DNA of 13,102 bases from Thermoanaerobaculia bacterium (GTDB lineage: Bacteria > Acidobacteriota > Thermoanaerobaculia > Multivoradales > UBA5704), in NCBI GenBank assembly GCA_044226625.1, contig JBGAGQ010000110.1:1-13102 (forward strand), in the 5' to 3' direction. This document shows, one piece after another, positions 1 to 7,825 of the stretch (positions are counted from its first letter, which is position 1; every line of letters starts with the position of its first letter). Below the pieces are notes generated by a model. That model searched no databases, was not told the origin of the DNA, and was given only the letters and a program-made list of their open reading frames with translations. A program made the position numbers and the translations under genes.

Positions 1-241
1 CTATGGCTCGGGATCTCGTCTTCAATCACAAGAGACCCACAAGGGGGCTCCGGAGAAGACTCCGCCCCGGTCCCGGGAGGGACCCTCGGCGGCTGGGAAA
101 CCCGCGTACCTTACCCGAAGGCGCCAGACCCGTCAAGGGACGGATCGGGCAGCCGGACGAGGTCGTTCGGCGGTGAGCGGAAGATAGCGCAGAGAATCGC
201 CGAAGGGAAGGGGCTCGCGGTGACGAAAACCGGATAGACTG

Positions 242-264
242 CATCTGACTAGCCAGATGACTAG
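242..264. promoter_or_regulatory. Palindromic operator candidate for vapBC autoregulation
   Basis: CATCTGACTAGCCAGATG (242-259) is a 16/18 palindrome; TGACTAG is repeated at 246-252 and 258-264. It lies just upstream of the antitoxin RBS (GGAGG 279-283), where type II TA operators usually sit. Confidence 0.55.
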
Positions 265-290
265 TTCGCCGAAGAAGAGGAGGACGTGTC

Positions 291-570
291 GTGGGGTTGC
301 CGAAGTCGGTACGCAGTTGGCCGGTTCAGGATGCGAAAGCTCGTTTCAGTGAGTTTCTCGAAGCGAGCCTGGAAGAAGGTCCGCAGAATCGTTACCCGGC
401 GAGGCGTCGAGACCGCCGTGCTGGTCAGAATCGATCAATGGCGGAATCTCGAGCGAACGGCTCGTCCGACGTTCAAGGAACTGCTGCTTACTGACGAAGC
501 GCGAGCAGACATCCCGGTTCCCGAACGGGGGCGTCGACGGCGGCGTCCTTTGCCGACGTTTGACGAGTGA
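291..570 (+). pseudogene. vapB: Phd/YefM-family (VapB) antitoxin, split by a +1 frameshift
   Basis: The frame from GTG291 gives SWPVQDAKARFSEFLEASLEEGPQ; another frame continues IVTRRGVETAVLV...KELLLTDEARADIPVPE... to TGA570. Removing one A at 387/388 (CAG AATC to CAG ATC) restores a contiguous Phd-type protein. RBS is 7 nt upstream of GTG291. A sequencing error cannot be excluded. Confidence 0.85.
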
Positions 571-576
571 CGCAGC

Positions 577-978
577 GTGTTCTTGCTCGATACCAACGTG
601 ATTTCGGAGCTCCGGAGAGCTCGACCTCACGGCGCGGTCGTCGCATGGCTCAACCAAACCGCCGACGAAAACCTCCACCTCTCCGGGATGACCTTGGGAG
701 AATTGCAGGCCGGCGCGGAGAAAACCCGCGATCAAGATCCGGAAAAGGCTACCGAGATCGAGAGATGGATCGACCGTGTCGAGGAAACCTGGAACGTCAT
801 TCCCGTTGACGGCCGGATTTTTCGCATCTGGGCAAGATTGATGCGCCGGAGGTCAGACGACCTCTACGAAGATGCCTTGATCGCGGCGACCGCACTCGTT
901 CACCGGCTCGTGGTCGTTACCCGAAACACTCGGGACTTCGCGGAGCTCGACGTCAAGACGCTCGATCCGTGGAGGTAG
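577..978 (+). CDS. vapC: PIN-domain VapC toxin (ribonuclease)
   Basis: FLLDTNVISE N-terminal motif, GELQAG, and EDALIAATA...VVTRNTRDF; 133 aa; starts 6 nt after the antitoxin stop. Confidence 0.95.
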   Translation: MFLLDTNVISELRRARPHGAVVAWLNQTADENLHLSGMTLGELQAGAEKTRDQDPEKATEIERWIDRVEETWNVIPVDGRIFRIWARLMRRRSDDLYEDALIAATALVHRLVVVTRNTRDFAELDVKTLDPWR

Positions 979-1051
979 CTCTTGGTTCCGGTCGTAACGA
1001 GACCGCATTACTGATGTCCTTACACAACCGATTTGAACCTCCCGGCCAGAA

Positions 1052-1073
1052 GCGATCTTTCGATCAAGATCGC
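1052..1073. terminator. Hairpin between convergent vapC and immunity genes; possible terminator
   Basis: Perfect 8-bp stem GCGATCTT/AAGATCGC with a 6-nt loop; only a weak U-tract (TTCT on the minus strand). Confidence 0.3.
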
Positions 1074-1166
1074 CCGAGCAGGAAAGCGCTGAGAGAGCGT
1101 ATGCCAGATCTGCATGTTGAGCGCAAACCTTCGCCGAGTAGCGACAGCGTGAAGTAGTCTCACATC

Positions 1167-1559
1167 TCAGGACGAGGCCCCGAGTGCAATGTTCTGGGCG
1201 TGAGTCCTATTTGAGATCCTCAAGCCAACAAGAAATGAAGCGCACGCAATCAGTAGCAGCAACATCGACTTCGCGAAAATTGCCCCATGGGGCAGATCTC
1301 CCAGACTCGGCAGGAGGCCCCAAAAAAACAAGGGAAGAACCAACAGAAGCGGTTGCCAACGAGATCCCCGCAACAGGAATCCGGCGACGAAACCGCCGAC
1401 CAGAGATACCGAGGCGTGAATAAGCCCGAGAACGGCAAGCGATCTCAAAGGCCGAAAACCTGGCAACTCCCCCACCGCCGCACTCGCTGCCACGACAATT
1501 CCCCAGACCGTCAACGCCGTCACGAGAAGGAGTACGATAAATCGAAGCACGTTTTTCAT
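1167..1559 (-). CDS. Putative Rhs immunity protein, about 4 transmembrane helices (130 aa)
   Basis: ATG1559 overlaps the Rhs stop (ATGA) with GGAGG 7 nt upstream; four hydrophobic segments; shares the lower GC of the toxin tip; canonical immunity-gene position. Confidence 0.75.
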   Translation of the reverse strand: MKNVLRFIVLLLVTALTVWGIVVAASAAVGELPGFRPLRSLAVLGLIHASVSLVGGFVAGFLLRGSRWQPLLLVLPLFFWGLLPSLGDLPHGAIFAKSMLLLLIACASFLVGLRISNRTHAQNIALGASS

Positions 1560-4500
1560 GCGCATCCTCCGTGATAAGCACATCCGCCCCTTGCAAGGTC
1601 GTCAGCCCCCGCGTTAGCTACCGCTGCCGAGCGCTTGGCATTATCAATCTTCTTTACAATTTGGCCAAGAATCCTCCCTCGCTCCGTAGAGTCCTCAGGC
1701 AGCCTTAGGTAGTTCTGGACAAGAGGCTCAATCGCTTTAAATGATATCGAGCCGGGTTGTCCTCTCAATCGCAAGAGGGAATTAAAGGTCGCTTGAGCGG
1801 CAGACAGAGCTTTCCCTGGATCGTTGGCCGTAATATCCGGACCAGTCCCAGCAAAGAGGTGGCCAAGTCTAGGCCCAAATCCAGCGTGAGAGTATGAGTC
1901 TTGTAAAGCGTGAAGATAAATCCCGATGTCTGCGGAAGAGCGCGATGATGCTGCGGCTCTGTAGAGAGCTGCTCTCCGCTCAGGAGAGGTGAAATGAAAG
2001 TTCCTCCTCGCCTCCGTACTACTGAATGGGCTCGACGTGCCGCTGTCAACGGCCTGATCCGCCGCGGCAATCGCTGCAGACTGCGAAGCTGAATATCCGG
2101 CCGCGTAGGCGATAACCTGTGTCAGTCGAAGGTGGAAATCGGTTCGATAGTAGCCGGCTAAATCCACGAAATTAATTGGCTGACCTTGTGAATACATGTA
2201 CCTGTTCCAGCTCTGTGGACTGGCTTCCCTACCGGGATGCTCGTCAACACTCAAAAACCGCCCCACCACCGGCGAGCAGTACCGAGCATGCATGTAATCC
2301 AGGTCATCCCCATCTCCGGCGGGGTTCGCGAGATCCCGCTCGTGACCGGTGAACTTCATCCGCTCACCGTCTTGAGCAACTGAGGTCGCCTCCTGCCCGA
2401 AGGGGTAATAGGCATGGAACGCCTTCTTCGTCCCGGCCGCATCCGTCACCAGCCGGGGCGTGCCTAAGTGGTCGAGGTGGAAATGCCGGACGCCGGACGG
2501 CGTTTCGGCCGCGAGCAGTTGGTCGCCCCGATAGACGTAGTCGTTCGCCACCTGCCAACCGGCCGTCGCGTTGTATTCCCGGAGCACCTTGTCGTCGAGC
2601 CCACGGACGGTCCAGCGTGATTCGGTGCCCCCCGTCTTGTACGACCAGAACCGCTCGTCGTCCGCCGTGTAGACGTAGGTCCACTCCTCGCCGGCCGCCG
2701 TCTTGTAGCCGTGCATCATGTTGAGAGCGTCCCACTCGTACAAGTTCCCTTGCCAGTTCGTAAGGTTCCCCGCGGCATCGTAGGCTGCCGGTGCAGAGAG
2801 CCGATTCGTCGCGGCGTCGGTCGGCGTGTTCACCGTCGAGCCGTTGGTCTTGATCGCCTGGATGTTCCCGAACGCGTCAAAGGCGTACTCCTGGGTCTGG
2901 AGCAGCGGGTTCGTCGGCCCCTGGTTCACGTTGACCGAGCCGTAGGTGAGCCGGCTCACGGCGTCGTAGGTGAAGATCGACGGGCCGATCTTCTTGATGT
3001 TCCCGACCCCGTCGTAGGTGTACGTTCCGCTATTCCAGAGCGAGGTGGCGCTGCGAGCCGACGAGATCGAGGCCGGCCGGACCATCCCGTCCGGGTCGAG
3101 ACCGATCGTGTCGGTCACCGTGACCGTCGAGCTGTTCTGATGGACCACCTGGTTCACCATGCCGTTCACATGGTAGCTGATCGTCGGGGCGTAGTTTGCG
3201 ATCGAGGTCAGGAATCCGTCCCCATACCCGAACGTCACCGTCCGGGGTGCCGGATTCGTGCAAGACGTCTGCTGGCACTGCGGGTACGAGATCGTCGCCG
3301 GATTGCCGAGCGGCGTGTAAGTCCCCGAGAGGACGAAGGCCTCGCTGGGGTTGGTCGCGCCGTTCGTCCGGTTTTCGGTCGTCCGCTTCGAGGGGCGCCC
3401 CTGGACTCCGTTGTACTCGTAGATCTCCCGCACCTCGACGGTGAACGGCGTCGCGCCGAGCGTCACGTAGTTGAATCGGCTCGCCTGACGGAGCTTCGAA
3501 TTGCAGGCGCCACAGGGATCGCCCGGGCCAGCGTAGCCGAGCTGCTTGAGCAACCGATTGGCCGAGGAGATTTCGCGCAGCTCGGTCATCCGCTCCGCCC
3601 GGTCGTAGGTGTAACCGAGCGTCCGGCCGCCGTCCACCTTTTGCCCCACGTGGCCGCGCGCGTCATAGCCTGAATAGGTCACCGCGCCGACCTTTTCCAG
3701 ATGAGATTCCGAGAGCAGGAAACCCCGCTGGTCGTAGGTGAAAGTCCGCACCTGGACCGCGCCGCTCGGCGTCCGCACTTCGCTCAACCGCCCGGCCGAA
3801 TCGTACTTGTAGGTTGTCGTGACGCCGCCACCTCCGGCGCCCGACGGCTCGGTCACCGAATGGAGGCGTCCGAAGCGGTTGTAGAGCTCGTCGACCCGAG
3901 CCGTCGTCTCGGTCACGTTCGTTCCCGAAAGCGTCGTGCCGATGCTCGTAAAGCGGACCCGCGACCGATCTCCGAAGTACTGGAACGTCGTTTCCTTGCC
4001 GTCGGGCAGGGTGATCTTCCCCGGCCGCCCCTCGGGATCGTAGTCCGTGCTGCGCGTGGTCTTCGAGATCGTCCCGAGCTCCGACACCGAGGCGGTGTGC
4101 CCCATGCCGTCGTAGGTCGTCTCCTGGATCTGAAGTCCCTGGCCCGGGATTCGCCTTTTCTCGCGCCAGACCCGGCCGAGGCCGTCGAATTCGAGCTGGC
4201 TCTCCGACAGCTGGACCGCGCCGTTCTTTCGCTCGACCCGGATCGCAGGAGTCAGGTTGGGCTGCGCCGTCGTCGGGACCGTGAAGGTGTAGACCGTCTG
4301 TGCCTCCTGAGCGGGCGACGCCGTGAGCGGACGGCTCATCGCGTCGTAGGCGTACGTCGTCTGAAGCCCCGCGGCGTCGCGGCTCGAGACGACCAGGCCG
4401 CTCGACGGATCGATCGTCTCATCGAGGGTCTTGAACGTCATGGCACCGCCCGCGGCCGTGGTCGGTGAAGCCGTGCGCGTCCAGCCCGTGCTGGCGTTGG

Positions 4501-6511
4501 CCGGCTGAACGATCATTCCGTATTGCGGGCTCACGTAGGCCGCCGTGCAAAGGTCCACCGCCGTGTTGAGCGGCACCTTGTCACCCCCGTAGGAGTCCTC
4601 GCGGATGAGGTTTCCCTTGCCGTCCCGCTGGTAGACCATGACCAGGTCGCGCGAGTTGGGCGTCGTGCCGAACTCGTCGAGAAAGATTCGCTTGCGCAAA
4701 AGGAACGGAGTGATCGCCTTACCCGAGACGTCCCGCTCGAAGCAGGTTTGCGTCTTCGTCTTCGAGCTGCTCCCCTCCCCCGAGATCATTTCGGTATAGG
4801 TCGCGAGCACCCAGGGATCGTTCGGGCCGCGCATCTGGAACGTCCCGCCGCCGAGGTGGTTGTAGGTTCCCGACTCCGGGTTGTAGTTGGTGAACGTGGT
4901 CTTCGTGTTCGTCGTCCCGGGGAAGTTGCCGCCGAGCACCTCGGTCCGGTAATGCCCAAACCCGTCGAAGCTCGAATAGAGGACGCTCGCGATTTTCGAG
5001 CCGCCTTCCGTGCGCGTCTCCTGCTGAGCGAGCCGGGAATCGACGTTGAAGATCGAGCCGACGCCGTTGTCGCCGGGATCCGCATCCTGCTCGTAGCGCA
5101 CGTACATCGACCGCTCCGGGACACAGACCGAGACGTCCGGATCGCAGCTATCGAACACCTCGCGGGAGAGGAACGGCGGCACGCCGTTCGTGTCCTTTCT
5201 CGTGAACGGCAAACCGAACTCTGAGAGCTTCCAGCCGTCCGGGTTCGGCTCGCCCGGGGGGCCTGCCCGATAGACCGAAAAGTAGTTCTGTTCGACGTCG
5301 CCGAGGGGAGTCGTCACCGTGGTGATCTGCGTTCGCGGCGGGTTGCAGCTGGCGCCACCGATGATCGGTTGAAAGATCAACCGGGACGTATAGGTCCAGG
5401 TTCCTGAGACCTGGCCTGAGGAGACCGTTCGAGAACCGATGCCCACGCTCCCCTTGAGCCAGTCGCGGACCTTCCCTTCGCATCCCGCGGTCTGAACGTA
5501 CGTCCGGTAGGTCCAGTCGATGCGGCCGCCGGTCGGTAGGCGGATCCCTTTGATCCGTCCCGCAAGATCGGAGCACGAAACCCCGGAATCGAGGTGGTAG
5601 CTGGTCGACGCCGGCATATCCCAGAAACTACCGTCCGGTTGGATGATGCGGGTCAAAAGCGGCACGAGGACGTCCACGGTCTGCGGGTCGTTGTCCGGGC
5701 AGCCGCGCGAGATCTGGACGTTCTGATAGCTGAAACTCCAGGTCGCCGCCGGACCGCCGCCGGGCTTCGCGAGCTCGATCCGGTCGAGCTTGCGCGGAAA
5801 ATAGGCCGACGACGTGAAGAAGACGTCGTGGGTGCGGAATCCATCGGAAAGGACCCAATGGCTCGCGCTCGGATAGTCGATGTCGAGGCCGTTGCCGAAC
5901 TTGTCTTCGATTCGGACCAGGCGATAGCTGTCTCCGACATCGTCGAAGATGTGCCGCTGGCCGTTCGGAAAGTCGAGCCAAACCTGGGTCCCGTTCTCGT
6001 ACAGCCCCTGCAACCGGATGTAGGTCCCGTCCCGCGTGTACTGCCGCCCGCCGACGGCCGCCTCCCCCAGATGGAGGGTGTCGTAAAATGCGTGCTGCCC
6101 GCCGTCGGGTGAAACATAGGACAGCTGATCGAACGTCTCGTTGTCCGGATTCGTCGACTTGAGCACCTGGCCGAGAGAAAGAATCCAGCCCAGCCCGGCG
6201 TTCGAGGTGCCGCTCGGCAACGCCTGCGTAAGACCTTGACCGAACTGATCCTCCTCGTAGTCCCACACCTTCGAGTTGTAATGAAGCGCGAGACGGTAGG
6301 AGAACCCGCCCTCGGTCGAATATTCCTGGCCTACGGGGATCGTAAGGACTAAATTGCCGTTGAATAGGTTGACGTGGTCGACGTCCCCGATCTGGAAGGC
6401 CTTGTCGGCGGCGAAACCCTTCTGCGCCGTAGGATGGACCTGGGCCGGCGAGGGAGCGGCGAGGAGGGCGATCAGGAGGATCGAAAGGGCGAACGCGCGT
6501 GGAGTCGTCAT
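1556..6511 (-). CDS. Rhs/YD-repeat polymorphic toxin with N-terminal signal peptide and Het-C/Zn-phospholipase-C-like C-terminal domain
   Basis: Signal-like MTTPRAFALSILLIALLAAPSPAQ; many YD repeats (YAYDAMSR, YKYDSAGRL, YTYDGVGNI); Rhs core HLDHLGTPR...YYPFG...FTGHERD...YMHARY...GRFLSVD...PINFVDLAG; tip of about 197 aa with HALQDSYSH. RBS GAGGAG upstream. Confidence 0.93.
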   Translation of the reverse strand: MTTPRAFALSILLIALLAAPSPAQVHPTAQKGFAADKAFQIGDVDHVNLFNGNLVLTIPVGQEYSTEGGFSYRLALHYNSKVWDYEEDQFGQGLTQALPSGTSNAGLGWILSLGQVLKSTNPDNETFDQLSYVSPDGGQHAFYDTLHLGEAAVGGRQYTRDGTYIRLQGLYENGTQVWLDFPNGQRHIFDDVGDSYRLVRIEDKFGNGLDIDYPSASHWVLSDGFRTHDVFFTSSAYFPRKLDRIELAKPGGGPAATWSFSYQNVQISRGCPDNDPQTVDVLVPLLTRIIQPDGSFWDMPASTSYHLDSGVSCSDLAGRIKGIRLPTGGRIDWTYRTYVQTAGCEGKVRDWLKGSVGIGSRTVSSGQVSGTWTYTSRLIFQPIIGGASCNPPRTQITTVTTPLGDVEQNYFSVYRAGPPGEPNPDGWKLSEFGLPFTRKDTNGVPPFLSREVFDSCDPDVSVCVPERSMYVRYEQDADPGDNGVGSIFNVDSRLAQQETRTEGGSKIASVLYSSFDGFGHYRTEVLGGNFPGTTNTKTTFTNYNPESGTYNHLGGGTFQMRGPNDPWVLATYTEMISGEGSSSKTKTQTCFERDVSGKAITPFLLRKRIFLDEFGTTPNSRDLVMVYQRDGKGNLIREDSYGGDKVPLNTAVDLCTAAYVSPQYGMIVQPANASTGWTRTASPTTAAGGAMTFKTLDETIDPSSGLVVSSRDAAGLQTTYAYDAMSRPLTASPAQEAQTVYTFTVPTTAQPNLTPAIRVERKNGAVQLSESQLEFDGLGRVWREKRRIPGQGLQIQETTYDGMGHTASVSELGTISKTTRSTDYDPEGRPGKITLPDGKETTFQYFGDRSRVRFTSIGTTLSGTNVTETTARVDELYNRFGRLHSVTEPSGAGGGGVTTTYKYDSAGRLSEVRTPSGAVQVRTFTYDQRGFLLSESHLEKVGAVTYSGYDARGHVGQKVDGGRTLGYTYDRAERMTELREISSANRLLKQLGYAGPGDPCGACNSKLRQASRFNYVTLGATPFTVEVREIYEYNGVQGRPSKRTTENRTNGATNPSEAFVLSGTYTPLGNPATISYPQCQQTSCTNPAPRTVTFGYGDGFLTSIANYAPTISYHVNGMVNQVVHQNSSTVTVTDTIGLDPDGMVRPASISSARSATSLWNSGTYTYDGVGNIKKIGPSIFTYDAVSRLTYGSVNVNQGPTNPLLQTQEYAFDAFGNIQAIKTNGSTVNTPTDAATNRLSAPAAYDAAGNLTNWQGNLYEWDALNMMHGYKTAAGEEWTYVYTADDERFWSYKTGGTESRWTVRGLDDKVLREYNATAGWQVANDYVYRGDQLLAAETPSGVRHFHLDHLGTPRLVTDAAGTKKAFHAYYPFGQEATSVAQDGERMKFTGHERDLANPAGDGDDLDYMHARYCSPVVGRFLSVDEHPGREASPQSWNRYMYSQGQPINFVDLAGYYRTDFHLRLTQVIAYAAGYSASQSAAIAAADQAVDSGTSSPFSSTEARRNFHFTSPERRAALYRAAASSRSSADIGIYLHALQDSYSHAGFGPRLGHLFAGTGPDITANDPGKALSAAQATFNSLLRLRGQPGSISFKAIEPLVQNYLRLPEDSTERGRILGQIVKKIDNAKRSAAVANAGADDLARGGCAYHGGCA

Positions 6512-6524
6512 CGTCGGCTTCTCC

Positions 6525-7181
6525 TCAATCCCGGACGCCGGCCGCGAACACGTTCAAGCTGCGCGGGTCGATCGCCAGAACGACGTCGTCGCGCTCCAAG
6601 CGGTCGAGTGGCGGCGGACTCGCACCGAGCGGCGCCATTGAGGAAAGAGGAAGCTCGATCTGGCGGTTCGGTTCGCGGTCTTCGTCGTCCGGACCACCGT
6701 CGCCGACCCTCGCCATCCACGCTCCGATTTTCGCCCGCGCGACCAAGACGTACAGCAGATCGCGATCCTCAAAGTCGATCTTGCGCAAGGCGTTCCGGGG
6801 ATTGCCGTGGATGACGGTCGGATCGACCGGCGAACCGTCCGCCCGGGCGAGGGCCACCCAGCCCGTCTCCGAGTCGATGGCCGCCCAGACCGACGCGGGC
6901 GCCAGCACCTCGTCGAGCTCGATCCGAACGATACCGTCGGAGTCCGTGTCGTTTTCGACCCCTCCCAGCTGTCGTACGGTAACGCCGAAGTTGCGGGCCG
7001 AGCGCCCGACGGAGAACCAGATCGCCTGGCCGCCCCGGGAGATCCCGGAGATTTCGACCGTCCCCTCGACGAAGGCGATGCTCGGCGGCGCCGCCGAGAC
7101 CGGAAGCGCAGCGAACAACGAGAGAGAAAGAAACGCCCACAGGGTGAGCGGGTTGGCTTTGGGTGGGTGGTTCGAGGGCAT
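6525..7181 (-). CDS. Secreted hypothetical protein, first gene of the Rhs operon
   Basis: GGAGG RBS; hydrophobic signal-like segment ending VSA|AP; beta-rich sequence with DTDSDG; ends 13 nt before the Rhs start. Confidence 0.8.
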   Translation of the reverse strand: MPSNHPPKANPLTLWAFLSLSLFAALPVSAAPPSIAFVEGTVEISGISRGGQAIWFSVGRSARNFGVTVRQLGGVENDTDSDGIVRIELDEVLAPASVWAAIDSETGWVALARADGSPVDPTVIHGNPRNALRKIDFEDRDLLYVLVARAKIGAWMARVGDGGPDDEDREPNRQIELPLSSMAPLGASPPPLDRLERDDVVLAIDPRSLNVFAAGVRD

Positions 7182-7205
7182 CGGGATCCTCCGGTTTCAA
7201 TATCC

Positions 7206-7234
7206 TAGGATGCGTTCGGTTACTGAGAAGTTCC
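7206..7234 (-). promoter_or_regulatory. ECF-sigma-type promoter candidate for the Rhs operon
   Basis: Minus strand reads GGAACTT-N16-ATCCTA, ending 24 nt before ATG7181; GGAACTT is the classic RpoE-type -35 element. Confidence 0.4.
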
Positions 7235-7386
7235 CTTGGGAGATCGGCCGGCCTAGCGGGACGTGTCGGCCGCTCCACACCTTGTAGTTGCCCGAGCGGC
7301 GCGAAAAATGACACTTGACTGGAAGTTTCTTCAAACTCTACCGCTCGAATTGCAGCACGCCGTCCGTTCGGGCTAAGCTCGCGTCC

Positions 7387-7788
7387 ATGAGCGACCCGCG
7401 CGATCGCGACTTGGATCACCTCCTCCTCGTCCTCCAGACCGTGATCGGTGCGAGCGGTCAGTCCCAGCGGTCGATCGAACAGCGGCTCGGGCTAGCCGGC
7501 GGCCATCTGAGCAAGGTCCTGCACGGGGTCGTCGATCTGAAGGTCCGCCATGTGCTGTGGCTCTGCGAGGCGCTCGGCATGACCCCCGTGCGCTTCTTTC
7601 AGATCGCCGCCGCGACGGCGGGCGCGGCGACCCAGGGGGAGATCCTTGAGAAGGTCACCTTGGAAGGCGGAGTGCTCAAGCCCGGCTCTCCGGAGGGCTC
7701 GGACCCGAAGGAGCTCGAGGAGTTGGTCCTCCACTCGATGAGGAAGATCCTCCGGGACGCGCTGGGCGGAACGGGAAAGGCCGGCTGA
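7387..7788 (+). CDS. XRE-family helix-turn-helix regulator (133 aa)
   Basis: SQRSIEQRLGLAGGHLSKVLHGVVDLKVRHVLWLCEALGMTP is a typical HTH_XRE. ATG7387 preferred to TTG7315 because the domain starts just after it. Confidence 0.85.
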   Translation: MSDPRDRDLDHLLLVLQTVIGASGQSQRSIEQRLGLAGGHLSKVLHGVVDLKVRHVLWLCEALGMTPVRFFQIAAATAGAATQGEILEKVTLEGGVLKPGSPEGSDPKELEELVLHSMRKILRDALGGTGKAG

Positions 7789-7825
7789 GTCGCTGAAGGT
7801 CGGTGAGGCGGAGCCTTGCGGGGGG

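Noticed and set aside
1-244. ORF 26..244 and a possible gene edge at the window start
   Set aside because: No motif or RBS support; cannot be judged without flanking sequence.
969-1166. Small ORFs or an orphan immunity relic between vapC and the immunity gene
   Set aside because: No RBS, motif or Rhs-core fragment recognisable; only the lower GC and a hairpin are evident.
2711-6814. Long plus-strand ORFs opposite the Rhs operon
   Set aside because: Antisense shadows expected from high-GC codon bias; no recognisable domains.
7773-7779. G GGA AAG slippery site fusing the XRE gene to the heptad frame
   Set aside because: A -1 shift enters a frame that stops within a few codons; the heptad frame needs a +1 shift.
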